This document shows, piece after piece, positions 17,644-27,055 of a stretch of DNA of 64,000 bases. The stretch comes from Acidimicrobiia bacterium (lineage in GTDB: Bacteria > Actinomycetota > Acidimicrobiia > IMCC26256 > JAMXLJ01). The notes beneath the pieces were generated by a model, which searched no databases, was not told the DNA's origin, and saw only the letters and a program-made list of their open reading frames with translations. Location of the stretch: contig JAMXLJ010000082.1 of the NCBI GenBank assembly GCA_024281095.1, forward strand, positions 31,700 through 95,699. The letters run 5' to 3'. Each line of letters begins with the position of its first letter. Position 1 is the stretch's first letter. A program made the position numbers and the translations under genes.

Positions 17644-18714
17644 ATGGCCGTCGAGGTCTGGACAACCGGGATCGCCCACGTCTCCTACGCACCCCGCGCG
17701 GCCGCGCGCGCCGAGGCCGCCGGGTGGGACGGGATGGTGGTCGTCGACTCGCAGAACCTGTCCGGTGATCCGTTCGTCGCGCTCGCCCTCGCCGCGCGTG
17801 AGACCTCACGGCTCCGGCTCGGCACGGGCGTGACCAACCCCGCCACCCGTCATCCCGCGGCCGCGGCGGCGGCAATCGCGAGCGTCGACATCGCCTCGGG
17901 CGGTCGGGCCCATCTCGGTGTCGGCCGCGGTGACTCCGCGCTCGCACATCTCGGCATGGCGCCCGCACCGATCGACGACCTCGCACATTTCGTGCGGATC
18001 ACACGTGCGTACCTGCGCGGCGAGCCCGTCGCGTTCGACGACCTCCGTCGCTACGAACGCGATCGGGCCCGCCCGGTCGAGGCGCTCGGTCTGGCCGACC
18101 GTCCGCACGACAGCCGCCTGCACTGGCTGCCCGCGGACCACGCGCCCGTACCGGTGGAGGTGGTCGCCACGGGGCCGCGTGCGCTCGCGCTCGCCGGCGA
18201 GCTCGCAGACCGCGTGCTGCTCGCGGTCGGCGCCGACCCACAGCGGGTCGAGTGGGCCGCAGGTGTGGCGCGCGACGCGGGCGCGGCGCGGATCGGCGCG
18301 TTCGTGAACGTCGTCGCCCACCACGACGTGCGCGAGGCTCGCCGTCTCGGTGCCGGCGGCCTCACCACCTTTGCCCGCTTCTCCGCGATGGACGGCACGG
18401 TGCGCAGCCCGATCGACGCCGATTCCGAGCAGGTCGTCCGCGACGTGCATCGCGCATACGACATGCACCAACACACGCGGGGCGGTTCGCCGCAAGCAGC
18501 CAAGTTGACCGAAAGCTTCATCGACCGCTTCGGCATCGTCGGGCCGCCGGAGCACTGCGTGTCGCGCCTGCGACAGCTTGCCGATCTGGGCGTCGACCGT
18601 TTCATCGTCGTCGGCCCGTCGATCGACGCGGATCGTGCTCAGGCTCGGGTCGCGGTCGAGACCTTCACCGCGGAAGTACTGCCTGCAATCCGGGAGCTCA
18701 CCCATGCCGCATGA
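17644..18714 (+). CDS. LLM-class flavin/F420-dependent oxidoreductase
   Basis: The segments GWDGMVVVDSQNL...LRLGTGVTNPATRHP...LGVGRGDSA show the TIM-barrel LLM pattern. The product is 356 aa. Confidence 0.75.
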   Translation: MAVEVWTTGIAHVSYAPRAAARAEAAGWDGMVVVDSQNLSGDPFVALALAARETSRLRLGTGVTNPATRHPAAAAAAIASVDIASGGRAHLGVGRGDSALAHLGMAPAPIDDLAHFVRITRAYLRGEPVAFDDLRRYERDRARPVEALGLADRPHDSRLHWLPADHAPVPVEVVATGPRALALAGELADRVLLAVGADPQRVEWAAGVARDAGAARIGAFVNVVAHHDVREARRLGAGGLTTFARFSAMDGTVRSPIDADSEQVVRDVHRAYDMHQHTRGGSPQAAKLTESFIDRFGIVGPPEHCVSRLRQLADLGVDRFIVVGPSIDADRAQARVAVETFTAEVLPAIRELTHAA

Positions 18715-20407
18715 CATCGTGATCAGGCGAGGTACGGTCGTCGACGGCACCGGCCGGTCGCCGCGTGCTGCCGACGTCGCCATCGACGGCGACCGGATCA
18801 CCGCAGTCGCGGAGCCCGGCGAGGTCGGCACGGCGCGCCGCACGATCGACGCGGACGGCGCGATCGTCACGCCCGGGTTCGTCGACGTGCACACGCACTA
18901 CGACGGCCAGGCCACGTGGGACGATCGGCTCGTGCCGTCGGCTTGGCACGGCGTCACGACCGTCGTCATGGGCAACTGCGGCGTCGGGTTCGCGCCGGTG
19001 CGACCATCCGACCACGAAGTGCTCGTCGAGCTCATGGAGGGTGTCGAGGACATCCCCGGCACCGCGTTGCACGAAGGGTTGCAATGGGACTGGGAGAGCT
19101 TCCCGGAGTTTCTCGACGCCCTCGACCGACGGGCGCGTGACGTCGACGTCGCGGCGCAACTTCCGCACGGCGCGTTGCGGCTCTACGTCATGGGTCAACG
19201 CGGTGCGCATCGTGAAGCGGCTACCGACGACGAAGTGGCGGAGATGGCCCGGCTCGCGGGCGAAGCGGCCGAGGCCGGCGCGCTCGGGTTCACGACGTCG
19301 CGGACGCGCAACCACCGCACGAGCCGGGGTGACTGGACACCCACACTGACCGCGGCGGCGAGCGAGCTCGCCGGCATCGCACGCGGCCTCGGTGCCGTGG
19401 GCAAGGGTGTGTTGCAGGTGGTCTCCGACTTCGCCGACTTCGACGACGAGGTCGGCACGGTGATCGGCATGGCGGACGCGTCGGCGAGACCGTTGTCGAT
19501 CTCCGTAACGCAAGTCGGCTCACGCGCCGGCACGTGGCGCTCGGTTCTCGACGCGATCGCCGAGGCCAACCGCCGCGGGCTCAAGGTGACCGCGCAGGTC
19601 GCGGCGCGTCCGGTCGGTGTACTGCTCGGTTTGCAGGCGACGATCAGCCCGATCGGTGGGTCGATCACGGCGCGCTCGATCGGTTTCGACCTCGAGGCGC
19701 TACGCCGCGACGACGTGCGCGCCACGATCCTCGCCGAGTTGCGGGAGCGGCCACCACTGTTTCCCTGGGACCGCGTGTTCCGGTTGAGCGACCCGCCCGA
19801 GTACGAGCCGGCGCCGGACGCGAGCCTCGCCGCCGAGGCGGCCCGCACGGGCACGACGCCGGAGGCACTCGCCTACGACCTCGCGCTCGCCGACGACGGG
19901 CGCGGCCTGCTGTACGTGCCGTTCCTGAACTACGCCGACGGCGACCTGGAGGCCGCGCGCGAGATGCTCGTCCATCCCCACGCGGTGCTCGGGCTCGCCG
20001 ACGGCGGCGCGCACGTCGGCACCATCTGTGATGCCAGCTTCCCCACGACGATGCTCACCCACTGGGTACGGGATCGCACCCGCGGCGAACGGCTCCCACT
20101 CGAGCACGCCGTCGCGATGCAGACGTCGCGGACCGCGCGCATGGTCGGGCTGCTCGACCGCGGTGTTCTGGCACCCGGCATGCGCGCCGACATGAACGTC
20201 ATCGACCTGGAAGGGCTCCGGCTTCGCCCGCCGGTGCTCACACATGATCTGCCCGCCGGCGGGAAGCGGTTCGTGCAGCAAGCCGACGGCTACCTGCACA
20301 CCTTCGTCGCCGGCACCGAGACGTACGCGTCGGGCGCTCCCACCGGTGCGTTGCCCGGCCGCCTCGTGCGCGGGAGCCAGGCGGCGCCGCAGGGAGCGTC
20401 GCGATGA
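18704..20407 (+). CDS. N-acyl-D-amino-acid deacylase (D-aminoacylase) family amidohydrolase
   Basis: The N-terminus DIVIRRGTVVDGTG...ITPGFVDVHTHYD carries the HxH metal motif. The product is 567 aa. The start overlaps the previous gene by 11 nt. Confidence 0.85.
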   Translation: MPHDIVIRRGTVVDGTGRSPRAADVAIDGDRITAVAEPGEVGTARRTIDADGAIVTPGFVDVHTHYDGQATWDDRLVPSAWHGVTTVVMGNCGVGFAPVRPSDHEVLVELMEGVEDIPGTALHEGLQWDWESFPEFLDALDRRARDVDVAAQLPHGALRLYVMGQRGAHREAATDDEVAEMARLAGEAAEAGALGFTTSRTRNHRTSRGDWTPTLTAAASELAGIARGLGAVGKGVLQVVSDFADFDDEVGTVIGMADASARPLSISVTQVGSRAGTWRSVLDAIAEANRRGLKVTAQVAARPVGVLLGLQATISPIGGSITARSIGFDLEALRRDDVRATILAELRERPPLFPWDRVFRLSDPPEYEPAPDASLAAEAARTGTTPEALAYDLALADDGRGLLYVPFLNYADGDLEAAREMLVHPHAVLGLADGGAHVGTICDASFPTTMLTHWVRDRTRGERLPLEHAVAMQTSRTARMVGLLDRGVLAPGMRADMNVIDLEGLRLRPPVLTHDLPAGGKRFVQQADGYLHTFVAGTETYASGAPTGALPGRLVRGSQAAPQGASR

Positions 20408-21555
20408 CCGGCGCCTATCCGGTCATCAGCTCCGACTCCCACGTCACCGAGGCTCCGAACACCTACGTCGACTTCATCGACCCTGCGTTCCGCGAACGCG
20501 CGCCGAAGTTGGTCGACGCCGGGGAGGGTATCGGCGACATCTTCGTGATCGACGGGATGAAGACGCCCGTCCCGATGGGTCTCGTCGCTGCGGCCGGCAA
20601 GCCGGCCGAGGAGATCCGTCTGACGGGGGTGCGCTTCGAGGGCCTGCACCGCTCGGGCTGGGATCCCCACGCGCGCCTCGCCGACCAGGATCGCGACGGC
20701 GTGAGCGCGGAGGTCATCTATCCGACGGTTGGGATGCAGCTGTGCAACCACCGCGACGGCGACTACAAGAAGGCGTGCTTCGACGCGTACAACCGATGGA
20801 TTGCGTCGTATTGCGCGACGAATCCGGAGCGGCTGATCGGCGCAGGCCAGACCGCGCTGCGCTCACCGGAGGAGGGCATCGCCGACCTGCACGCGATCAA
20901 GGACCTGGGCCTGCGCGGGGTGATGATGCCGGGCACGCCGGCCTTCGAACACGACTACGACGCGAAGGAGTGGGACCCGTTCTGGGAGGCTGCGATCGAC
21001 CTCCGGCTGCCGCTCTCGTTCCACATCCTCACGACCCGCACCGGCCAGGTTCGGGGACCGCGGCTGAACGGCTTTCTGTCGATCGTGCGCGGATGCCAGG
21101 ACATCATGGGCACGCTCGTGTTCGGCGCCGTCTTCGAACGTCACCCGAACCTACGGGTTGTCTGCGTCGAAGCGGACGCCGGCTGGGTTCCGCACTTCAT
21201 GTACCGGATGGACCACGCGTTCAAACGCCATCGCCACTGGATGCAGCCCGATCAGGAGCTCACGCGGCTGCCGTCGGAGTACTTCGCCGAGTGCATCTAC
21301 GTCACGTTTCAGGACGACTGGACCGCGTTCAGGCATGCGGGCGACATGAATTGGCGCCGGCTGATGTGGGCCAACGACTTCCCCCATTCCGACTCGACCT
21401 GGCCGTGGAGCCGGGAGCTGCTCGCGAAGCACACGGCCGCGCTCTCCGACGAGCAGCGTGAAGCGATCCTGTGCACCAACGTGGCCGAGCTCTACGGAAT
21501 CGACGTCAGCGCGTTACCCGTCGCGGCCGGGGACGTCGGCGCCGGTGCGGGTTGA
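20404..21555 (+). CDS. Amidohydrolase_2 family metal-dependent hydrolase (paralogue of 11155..12390)
   Basis: The N-terminus VISSDSHVTEAPNTYVDFIDP and the C-terminal WANDFPHSDS are present. An ATGA overlap links it to the upstream gene. Confidence 0.85.
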   Translation: MTGAYPVISSDSHVTEAPNTYVDFIDPAFRERAPKLVDAGEGIGDIFVIDGMKTPVPMGLVAAAGKPAEEIRLTGVRFEGLHRSGWDPHARLADQDRDGVSAEVIYPTVGMQLCNHRDGDYKKACFDAYNRWIASYCATNPERLIGAGQTALRSPEEGIADLHAIKDLGLRGVMMPGTPAFEHDYDAKEWDPFWEAAIDLRLPLSFHILTTRTGQVRGPRLNGFLSIVRGCQDIMGTLVFGAVFERHPNLRVVCVEADAGWVPHFMYRMDHAFKRHRHWMQPDQELTRLPSEYFAECIYVTFQDDWTAFRHAGDMNWRRLMWANDFPHSDSTWPWSRELLAKHTAALSDEQREAILCTNVAELYGIDVSALPVAAGDVGAGAG

Positions 21556-21585
21556 TCGCCGTTCGCAGCGCGACCAGCGATTCGG

Positions 21586-22959
21586 TCACAGACCCCACGC
21601 GTGCAGGTAGTGGTCGTACCCGCCCACGTACAACCGGCCGTTGATCACAACGGGTTGCGCGAGGACCGGCCCCGACACAGTCGTACCGCTGTTCCACAAT
21701 GGCGCGCCCGTTCGCGCGTCGACGGCGCGTACAACCCCGCCGAACCCGCCGGTGTAGTAAACGACGCCCTTCGCGATGCTGAGGTTCAGCCCCATCGCGA
21801 GCGTGTTCGTGTTCCAGGCGCGCTGCAGCTTGCAGTTGGCGTCGAGAGTGAACGCGGCGACACCCCGTTTGTAGGAGTGGTCGGCGGTGTCGAACAGAAT
21901 GGGTACGTACACCATCTGCGTCTCGGGGGAGTACGCGGGTACGCCGATGAATTCGGGGCTCGCGACGACGAGAGATTGCCGCGGGCCGTTCGCGATGTTG
22001 TCGCGGTCATAGAGGTACAGGGTCCCGTTCTTCTGCTCGGCGACGAGTTGCTTCGGGCAGCCCTGCTTCTGGAACAGCACCGGCGTCGAACCGAAATCGT
22101 CGTCTTCGATCGTGTTCCCGGGGGTGTCGCCGGCCTTGAACGTCAGCGAGCTCGACAGCCGCACGACGGACTCGGCCCATGGCGTGCTCTCCGGCGTCGC
22201 GCCGGCAGCGTTCCCCGTCGCCGCGTAGACGTCGCCGTCGGCCGGATCGACCGAGACGCCGCCGTATCCCCAAATTCCACCACCGTCGAGGTTCGGGTTG
22301 CCCAACGTGTACCAGGTGTGGGCGACGACGTGATTCGTCGGGTCGATGTCGATGACGCGGCCCTTGTACGGGCTCTGGTCGCAGTGGCTCGCGACCTCGA
22401 CGTAGATGTGGTTTCCCAACATGGTCGGGGACCCGAACACCGACTCGGTAGCCACTGACGTGAAGCGCACCGGCCAGCCCGGGACCGTCGCACCCGTCGC
22501 GGGATCGAACGCGTAGAGCTGACCGTCGCCACCCGCGACAAACACGCGGTTACTGGCGCGGTCGAAGATCGCCGAGGACATGACCCCGTAGACCTGGTCG
22601 GGAGTGTCGGTGCAGTTCAGCGTCTGCGTACCGACATTGCGGAACCACACCGGCGTCCCGTCGGTCTTGATGGCGAAGAATGCGCCGTGCTCGTTGCCGA
22701 TGAAGAGCAGGTCGGTCTTCGTGCCGTTGACGTCGACGCCTTCGGCGAGAACCGGTGACGCGTTGACATTGGTACCCAAGTCGAGCGACCAGAGGTGCCG
22801 AAGAGCGCCGACATTGTTCGGTGTGATCGTGTTCTCGAAGGGGTTGAAGCTCTGACGATCGGTCGAGACGCCCCACGTGGTCCAGTCGCAGGCCCCGAGA
22901 AGCAGCGCCAGCGCGAGACACCAAAGGACGGCGGCGCGCGGCCGCGTCGTTGCCCCCAT
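21586..22959 (-). CDS. Secreted PQQ-like/BamB-like beta-propeller repeat lipoprotein
   Basis: The lipobox LLLGAC is followed by repeated motifs of the type ...VFVAGGDGQLYAFDPATG..., and the C-terminus reads VRAVDARTGAPLWN...GRLYVGGYDHYLHAW. Confidence 0.75.
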   Translation of the reverse strand: MGATTRPRAAVLWCLALALLLGACDWTTWGVSTDRQSFNPFENTITPNNVGALRHLWSLDLGTNVNASPVLAEGVDVNGTKTDLLFIGNEHGAFFAIKTDGTPVWFRNVGTQTLNCTDTPDQVYGVMSSAIFDRASNRVFVAGGDGQLYAFDPATGATVPGWPVRFTSVATESVFGSPTMLGNHIYVEVASHCDQSPYKGRVIDIDPTNHVVAHTWYTLGNPNLDGGGIWGYGGVSVDPADGDVYAATGNAAGATPESTPWAESVVRLSSSLTFKAGDTPGNTIEDDDFGSTPVLFQKQGCPKQLVAEQKNGTLYLYDRDNIANGPRQSLVVASPEFIGVPAYSPETQMVYVPILFDTADHSYKRGVAAFTLDANCKLQRAWNTNTLAMGLNLSIAKGVVYYTGGFGGVVRAVDARTGAPLWNSGTTVSGPVLAQPVVINGRLYVGGYDHYLHAWGL

Positions 22960-23179
22960 TCGACGACCCCCGTTCGACCCCGATGACCCCAATGACCCGC
23001 GCGAGGTTCTAGTACGTCGGAGGCAACGCGCGCACACGCGCGCGCCGGTGCAGCGGTGGTGGTTGTGATCGCCGACATCGTGGGTAACCTCCGGTGCGCG
23101 CACACGGGCCTGGCATGACGGCCCGGCGCTCGGGGCTCGGGGCGGAGACAACCTCGACGGGGCATCTTTGGGGGTCGAG

Positions 23180-24142
23180 ATGGGGTATGGCGCAGCACGG
23201 TCGCGGTCGCGACGGGCACACGGAACACGACGGGGTTGGGGCGTTGCGCTGCTGGCGGCGACGCTGGCCGCATTGGGCGTCACCGCGTGCGAGCCGCCGC
23301 CGCCTCCGCCGCCGGTTCTCATGGCCGTGGCCGGCGACATCGCCTGCAAGCCGGGCAGCGCGGTGACGACGACTGCGTGCCAGCAGGCCAACACGGCGAA
23401 GCTCATCTCGTCCGATGCCAACGTCGACTTGGTGCAGACGCTCGGCGACAACCAGTACGAGAACGGCCTGCTCACTGAGTTCCAGAACGCGTACGACAAG
23501 TCGTGGGGCGCGTTCAAGGCCAAGACGCATCCTGCGCCGGGCAACCACGAGTACCAGTCCACGAGCGCTCCGAACGGCGAGGGCTACTACGCCTACTTCG
23601 GCTCGGCCGCGCACGGACCGTCGGGCTACTACTCGTACGACGTCGGTGCATGGCACGTCGTCGTGCTGAACACCAACTGCAACAAGGTCGCGTGCACCGC
23701 GGGCTCCGCACAGGAGAAGTGGCTGCGATCCGATCTCGCCGCCACGGCGCAGCCGTGCATCGCCGCAGTCGCGCACAGCCCGCGCTACTCCTCGGGGCCA
23801 CTCGGCTCGGACACGTCGTGGCTGCCGTTGTACAGCGATCTCCTCGGCGCGCACACGGATCTGTTGCTCTCCGGTGACGACCACGACTACGAGCGGTTCG
23901 CCCCGCAGGACAACGCGTCGAACGCGAGCCCGAACGGCATCGTGCAGCTCGTCGTCGGCACCGGCGGCAAGTCGACCACCGGCTTGTCGTCGGTGCGACT
24001 GCCGAATTCGGTCGTCGGCAACGGTCGGGTGTTCGGTGTTCTCAAGCTCACCCTCGCCAGCGGCTCGTACTCGGGCACGTTCGAGCCCGACCGCGCGGCC
24101 GGCTCCACGTTCACCGACTCCTTCTCGGGTGCGTGCCACTGA
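23180..24142 (+). CDS. Secreted calcineurin-like metallophosphoesterase lipoprotein
   Basis: The lipobox LGVTAC is followed by a Pro7 run and then the metallophosphatase motifs GDIAC, GDNQY, GNHEY and GDDHDYERF. ATG 23180 has a GGGGG RBS. The track start at 23168 is TTG. Confidence 0.8.
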   Translation: MGYGAARSRSRRAHGTRRGWGVALLAATLAALGVTACEPPPPPPPVLMAVAGDIACKPGSAVTTTACQQANTAKLISSDANVDLVQTLGDNQYENGLLTEFQNAYDKSWGAFKAKTHPAPGNHEYQSTSAPNGEGYYAYFGSAAHGPSGYYSYDVGAWHVVVLNTNCNKVACTAGSAQEKWLRSDLAATAQPCIAAVAHSPRYSSGPLGSDTSWLPLYSDLLGAHTDLLLSGDDHDYERFAPQDNASNASPNGIVQLVVGTGGKSTTGLSSVRLPNSVVGNGRVFGVLKLTLASGSYSGTFEPDRAAGSTFTDSFSGACH

Positions 24143-24253
24143 CCGCGCCAACCACGTGGTTCCCGGGTCGTTTTTTCGCCCGCCCCCGGGGGTAATGGCT
24201 GCTCGACGTGCTCGTTGCGGCGACGTCGGTCAAGACGCTGCTCGGAGGTGGAC

Positions 24254-24718
24254 ATGGCGACAACGGATCTCGAGCGGGACAGGATGGCGGGGAACGGCCA
24301 CGGCGCGCGCGATGCGCAGCCGGCCACGGAGAAGTCGGTCGCCGAGCTCGCCGGGGACCTTGCCCGCCAGATGACCACGCTCGTCCACGACGAGATCGAG
24401 CTCGCCAAGAGCGAGATGGGGGAGAAGGGCAAGCGGGTCGGGCTCGGCGCGGGCATGTTCGGCTTCGCCGGTCTGCTCGGCCTCTTCGCCGTCGCTTGCT
24501 TCACCGCGTGCGCGGTGGCCGCGATCGCGCTCGTGATCTCCGTATGGCTCGCAGCGCTGCTCGTCGGGGTCGGATATCTGCTCGTGGCCGGCATCGTGGC
24601 GTTGATCGGGCGCTCCCAGATCGCCCGGGCGACGCCGCCTGTCCCTGCGGAAGCGATGGAGAGCGCAAAGGAGGATGTCGCATGGCTCAAGACGCAGATG
24701 CAGTCCGCGAGGCGATAG
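24254..24718 (+). CDS. Actinobacterial holin-X-like (Phage_holin_3_6 family) membrane protein
   Basis: A charged amphipathic N-terminus is followed by two transmembrane helices (GAGMFGFAGLLGLFAVACF... and ...WLAALLVGVGYLLVAGIVALI). An RBS, GGAGGTG, precedes ATG 24254. Confidence 0.7.
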   Translation: MATTDLERDRMAGNGHGARDAQPATEKSVAELAGDLARQMTTLVHDEIELAKSEMGEKGKRVGLGAGMFGFAGLLGLFAVACFTACAVAAIALVISVWLAALLVGVGYLLVAGIVALIGRSQIARATPPVPAEAMESAKEDVAWLKTQMQSARR

Positions 24719-24996
24719 CGCGCGATCGCGCCGAGCTGGCCGACACCGTCCAAGCGCTCGCGCGCAAGGTCGACGTCAAGGAACGGGTCCGCGAGAAGGT
24801 CAGCAAGGGCACCGAGCAGGTGCAGCAGAAGGCCGGCGAGGTGCGCGAGCAGCTCCGCCAGGTCACACCGGAGCCCGCTCGTTCGCAGCTGTCGGTCCTC
24901 GCCGACATGGTGAAGGAACGACCCGTGCCGTTCCTCGTGGCCGGCGCGCTCGTTGTAGGCCTCGTCCTCGGACGCTTGTGGGCGCGGGAGCGATGA
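24682..24996 (+). CDS. DUF3618-like small protein with C-terminal TM helix
   Basis: The N-terminus AVREAIARDRAELADTVQALARKVDVKERV matches the DUF3618 pattern. An RBS, AAGGAGGA, lies upstream. The gene overlaps the previous one by 37 nt. Confidence 0.7.
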   Translation: MAQDADAVREAIARDRAELADTVQALARKVDVKERVREKVSKGTEQVQQKAGEVREQLRQVTPEPARSQLSVLADMVKERPVPFLVAGALVVGLVLGRLWARER

Positions 24997-25256
24997 TGAG
25001 CAAGGCGCTGTACAAGCCGATCGGACTCGTCGTCAGCGTCGTGGGCGGCGTGCTCGCGAGCCTCCTCTTCAAGCAGATCTGGAAGCTCGTGACGCATGAC
25101 GAGGAGGCCCCGGACGCGACGGACGAGACTCGCAGTTGGGCGGAGGTGCTCCCCGCGGCCGCGCTGCAGGGCGCGGTCTTCGGTTTCGTCAAGGCCATGG
25201 TCGACCGTGCCGGCGCGGCCGGTTTCGCGCGCGCCACGGGCACCTGGCCGGGCTGA
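24993..25256 (+). CDS. DUF4235-like small membrane protein
   Basis: The sequence KALYKPIGLVVSVVGGVLASLLFKQIWK...LQGAVFGFVKAMVDRAGA fits DUF4235. An ATGA overlap links it to the previous gene. Confidence 0.7.
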   Translation: MMSKALYKPIGLVVSVVGGVLASLLFKQIWKLVTHDEEAPDATDETRSWAEVLPAAALQGAVFGFVKAMVDRAGAAGFARATGTWPG

Positions 25257-25314
25257 AAGCGGTACGACCGCGCGACGCCACGTGGCGGGTCCGATCGCCG
25301 CCGCGCGGCGGCCG

Positions 25315-25743
25315 TCAGCCGCCGAGGACGCCCCGCCGCAAACGGTCGAGCTCCTCGAGATGGTGCCGTGAGAGGCGGGCCAGCCTTCGTGCGCCGTCCG
25401 CGGTGAGGCGAAGACGCACGACGCGGTGATCCTCGTGGTCACGAATGCGCCGGACGAATCCGGCGTCGACTGCGCGGTCGACGAGGCCCACCGCGCTGTG
25501 ATGGCGGATCAGCATCGCCTGCGCGACGTCGCCGACCGTCGGACCATCCGCCTCACCGCTGCCCCGAATCGCGAGCAGCAACTGATGCTGCGTGGGGGTG
25601 AGGCCCTCGGCCTCTGCCTGCTCTTCGCTCCATCGCAGGAACCGGCGAATGGCGGTGCGGAACTCGAGCAGCCGCCGGTAGTCGCTTTCGTGCAACTCGT
25701 CGTTCGAGGTGGAGCGCTTCGGCTCGGCCTTGGATCCCGGCAC
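25315..25743 (-). CDS. MarR-family transcriptional regulator
   Basis: The winged-helix segment LTPTQHQLLLAIR...GPTVGDVAQAMLIRHHSAVGLVDRAV...RLRLTADG is present. The product is 142 aa. Confidence 0.85.
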   Translation of the reverse strand: MPGSKAEPKRSTSNDELHESDYRRLLEFRTAIRRFLRWSEEQAEAEGLTPTQHQLLLAIRGSGEADGPTVGDVAQAMLIRHHSAVGLVDRAVDAGFVRRIRDHEDHRVVRLRLTADGARRLARLSRHHLEELDRLRRGVLGG

Positions 25744-25768
25744 GATTCAATCGTACTACGATCTAATC

Positions 25769-27034
25769 GTGCGGCGCCCGCGTATTCCCACGACGAAACT
25801 CGACGGCTTCTTCTTCGGGATGCAGCCCCGCGTCGTCGGTCTGGTCGTCGTGGTCGGGGCCGGGTGCGGCGTGGTCGGTGCGCTCTACCTGTTCGTACTG
25901 CACGTGCTCCAGAACGTGTTGTGGCCGACGCACTGGAGCGGCGCCATCGGGTTCGCAATCCTCGGCGGCGTCGGCCTCTTCGCCGGTGTCGTGACGCGGT
26001 TCGTCGGTACACCGGGCGACGTCGAGTTGATGGTCGACAACATCCATGTGTCGGGCACGGCGACGGGGATGCGCATGCTGAGGTCGCTGCTGCCGATCTC
26101 CTGGCTGTGCATCGCGTCCGGCGGCGGGATGGGCCCGGAAGCACCACTCGTGCAGACGACCGGCACGCTCGCATCGTGGAGCGCGAAACGGTCGAGCCTG
26201 ACGCGGACCGAGTCCCGCATCCTCACCATCGCGGGCATGGCGGCGGGTTTCACAGTGTTGTTCGGTGCGCCGCTCGGTTCGGCGATCTTCGCGCTCGAGA
26301 TGCTGCACCGTCGCGGCCTGCAGTACTACGAGGCGTTGCTCCCGGCCGTTCTGGGCTCGCTCGCCGGCTACGTCGTGTACGTGATCGCGACCGGAGCCGG
26401 CCTCACGCCGGTGTGGCATCTGTCCGCACCCGCGGGCCTTCGCGCCGGTGACGTGGGCTGGGCGATCGTCGCCGGGGTGGGTGGTGCCGTCGTCGCCACG
26501 ACGTTCACCTACACCAGCACCGTGTTCCGTGCGGGAGCGCGTCGTCTGCGCGCCGAGTTGCGCCCGGTCGTGGGCGGGCTGGTCCTCGCGGCGCTCGGCC
26601 TGCTCTCCGCGTACTCGCTCACGTTCGGCGAGGCCCAGATCGGCGAGATCGTCGGCCGGCACCGGGAAACGGTCGCGTTCTTCGCGCTCGCCGCGCTCGC
26701 GAAGCTCGTAGGCACGTCGGTGACGCTCTCGTCGGAGTGGCGGGGCGGGTTCATCATCCCGCTGTTCTTCATGGGGGCCTGTCTCGCCCGCGCCTTCCAC
26801 GGTTTGGTGCCCGAAACGAACGAAGCCGTGATGATCGCCGCGCTCATGGCTGCGTCCAACGCAGGTGTCACCAAGACACCCATCGGATCCACACTGGTCG
26901 TGAGCGAGATGAGCGGCTTCCGTCTCCTGCCCACCACGCTGCTCGCGACGATCGTGTCATTCGTCCTTACGAGCCCGGTCGGGCTGATCCATACGCAACG
27001 CGAGCGCGACGTCGTCGGCGAACCACCCGCGTGA
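25769..27034 (+). CDS. ClC-family voltage-gated chloride channel/antiporter
   Basis: The protein is polytopic and carries the ClC motifs GGGMGPEAPLVQ (gating Glu) and GGFIIP. I chose GTG 25769 to avoid overlapping the divergent MarR start. The track start is 25709. Confidence 0.8.
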   Translation: MRRPRIPTTKLDGFFFGMQPRVVGLVVVVGAGCGVVGALYLFVLHVLQNVLWPTHWSGAIGFAILGGVGLFAGVVTRFVGTPGDVELMVDNIHVSGTATGMRMLRSLLPISWLCIASGGGMGPEAPLVQTTGTLASWSAKRSSLTRTESRILTIAGMAAGFTVLFGAPLGSAIFALEMLHRRGLQYYEALLPAVLGSLAGYVVYVIATGAGLTPVWHLSAPAGLRAGDVGWAIVAGVGGAVVATTFTYTSTVFRAGARRLRAELRPVVGGLVLAALGLLSAYSLTFGEAQIGEIVGRHRETVAFFALAALAKLVGTSVTLSSEWRGGFIIPLFFMGACLARAFHGLVPETNEAVMIAALMAASNAGVTKTPIGSTLVVSEMSGFRLLPTTLLATIVSFVLTSPVGLIHTQRERDVVGEPPA

Positions 27035-27055
27035 CGCCGCGTCGCCTCTTCGCTG

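Noticed and set aside
25763-26800. A 345-aa minus-strand ORF opposite the ClC channel gene.
   Set aside because: It has the same shadow-ORF signature, rich in Arg, Glu and Asp with no domain. The plus strand carries the ClC motifs and transmembrane periodicity.
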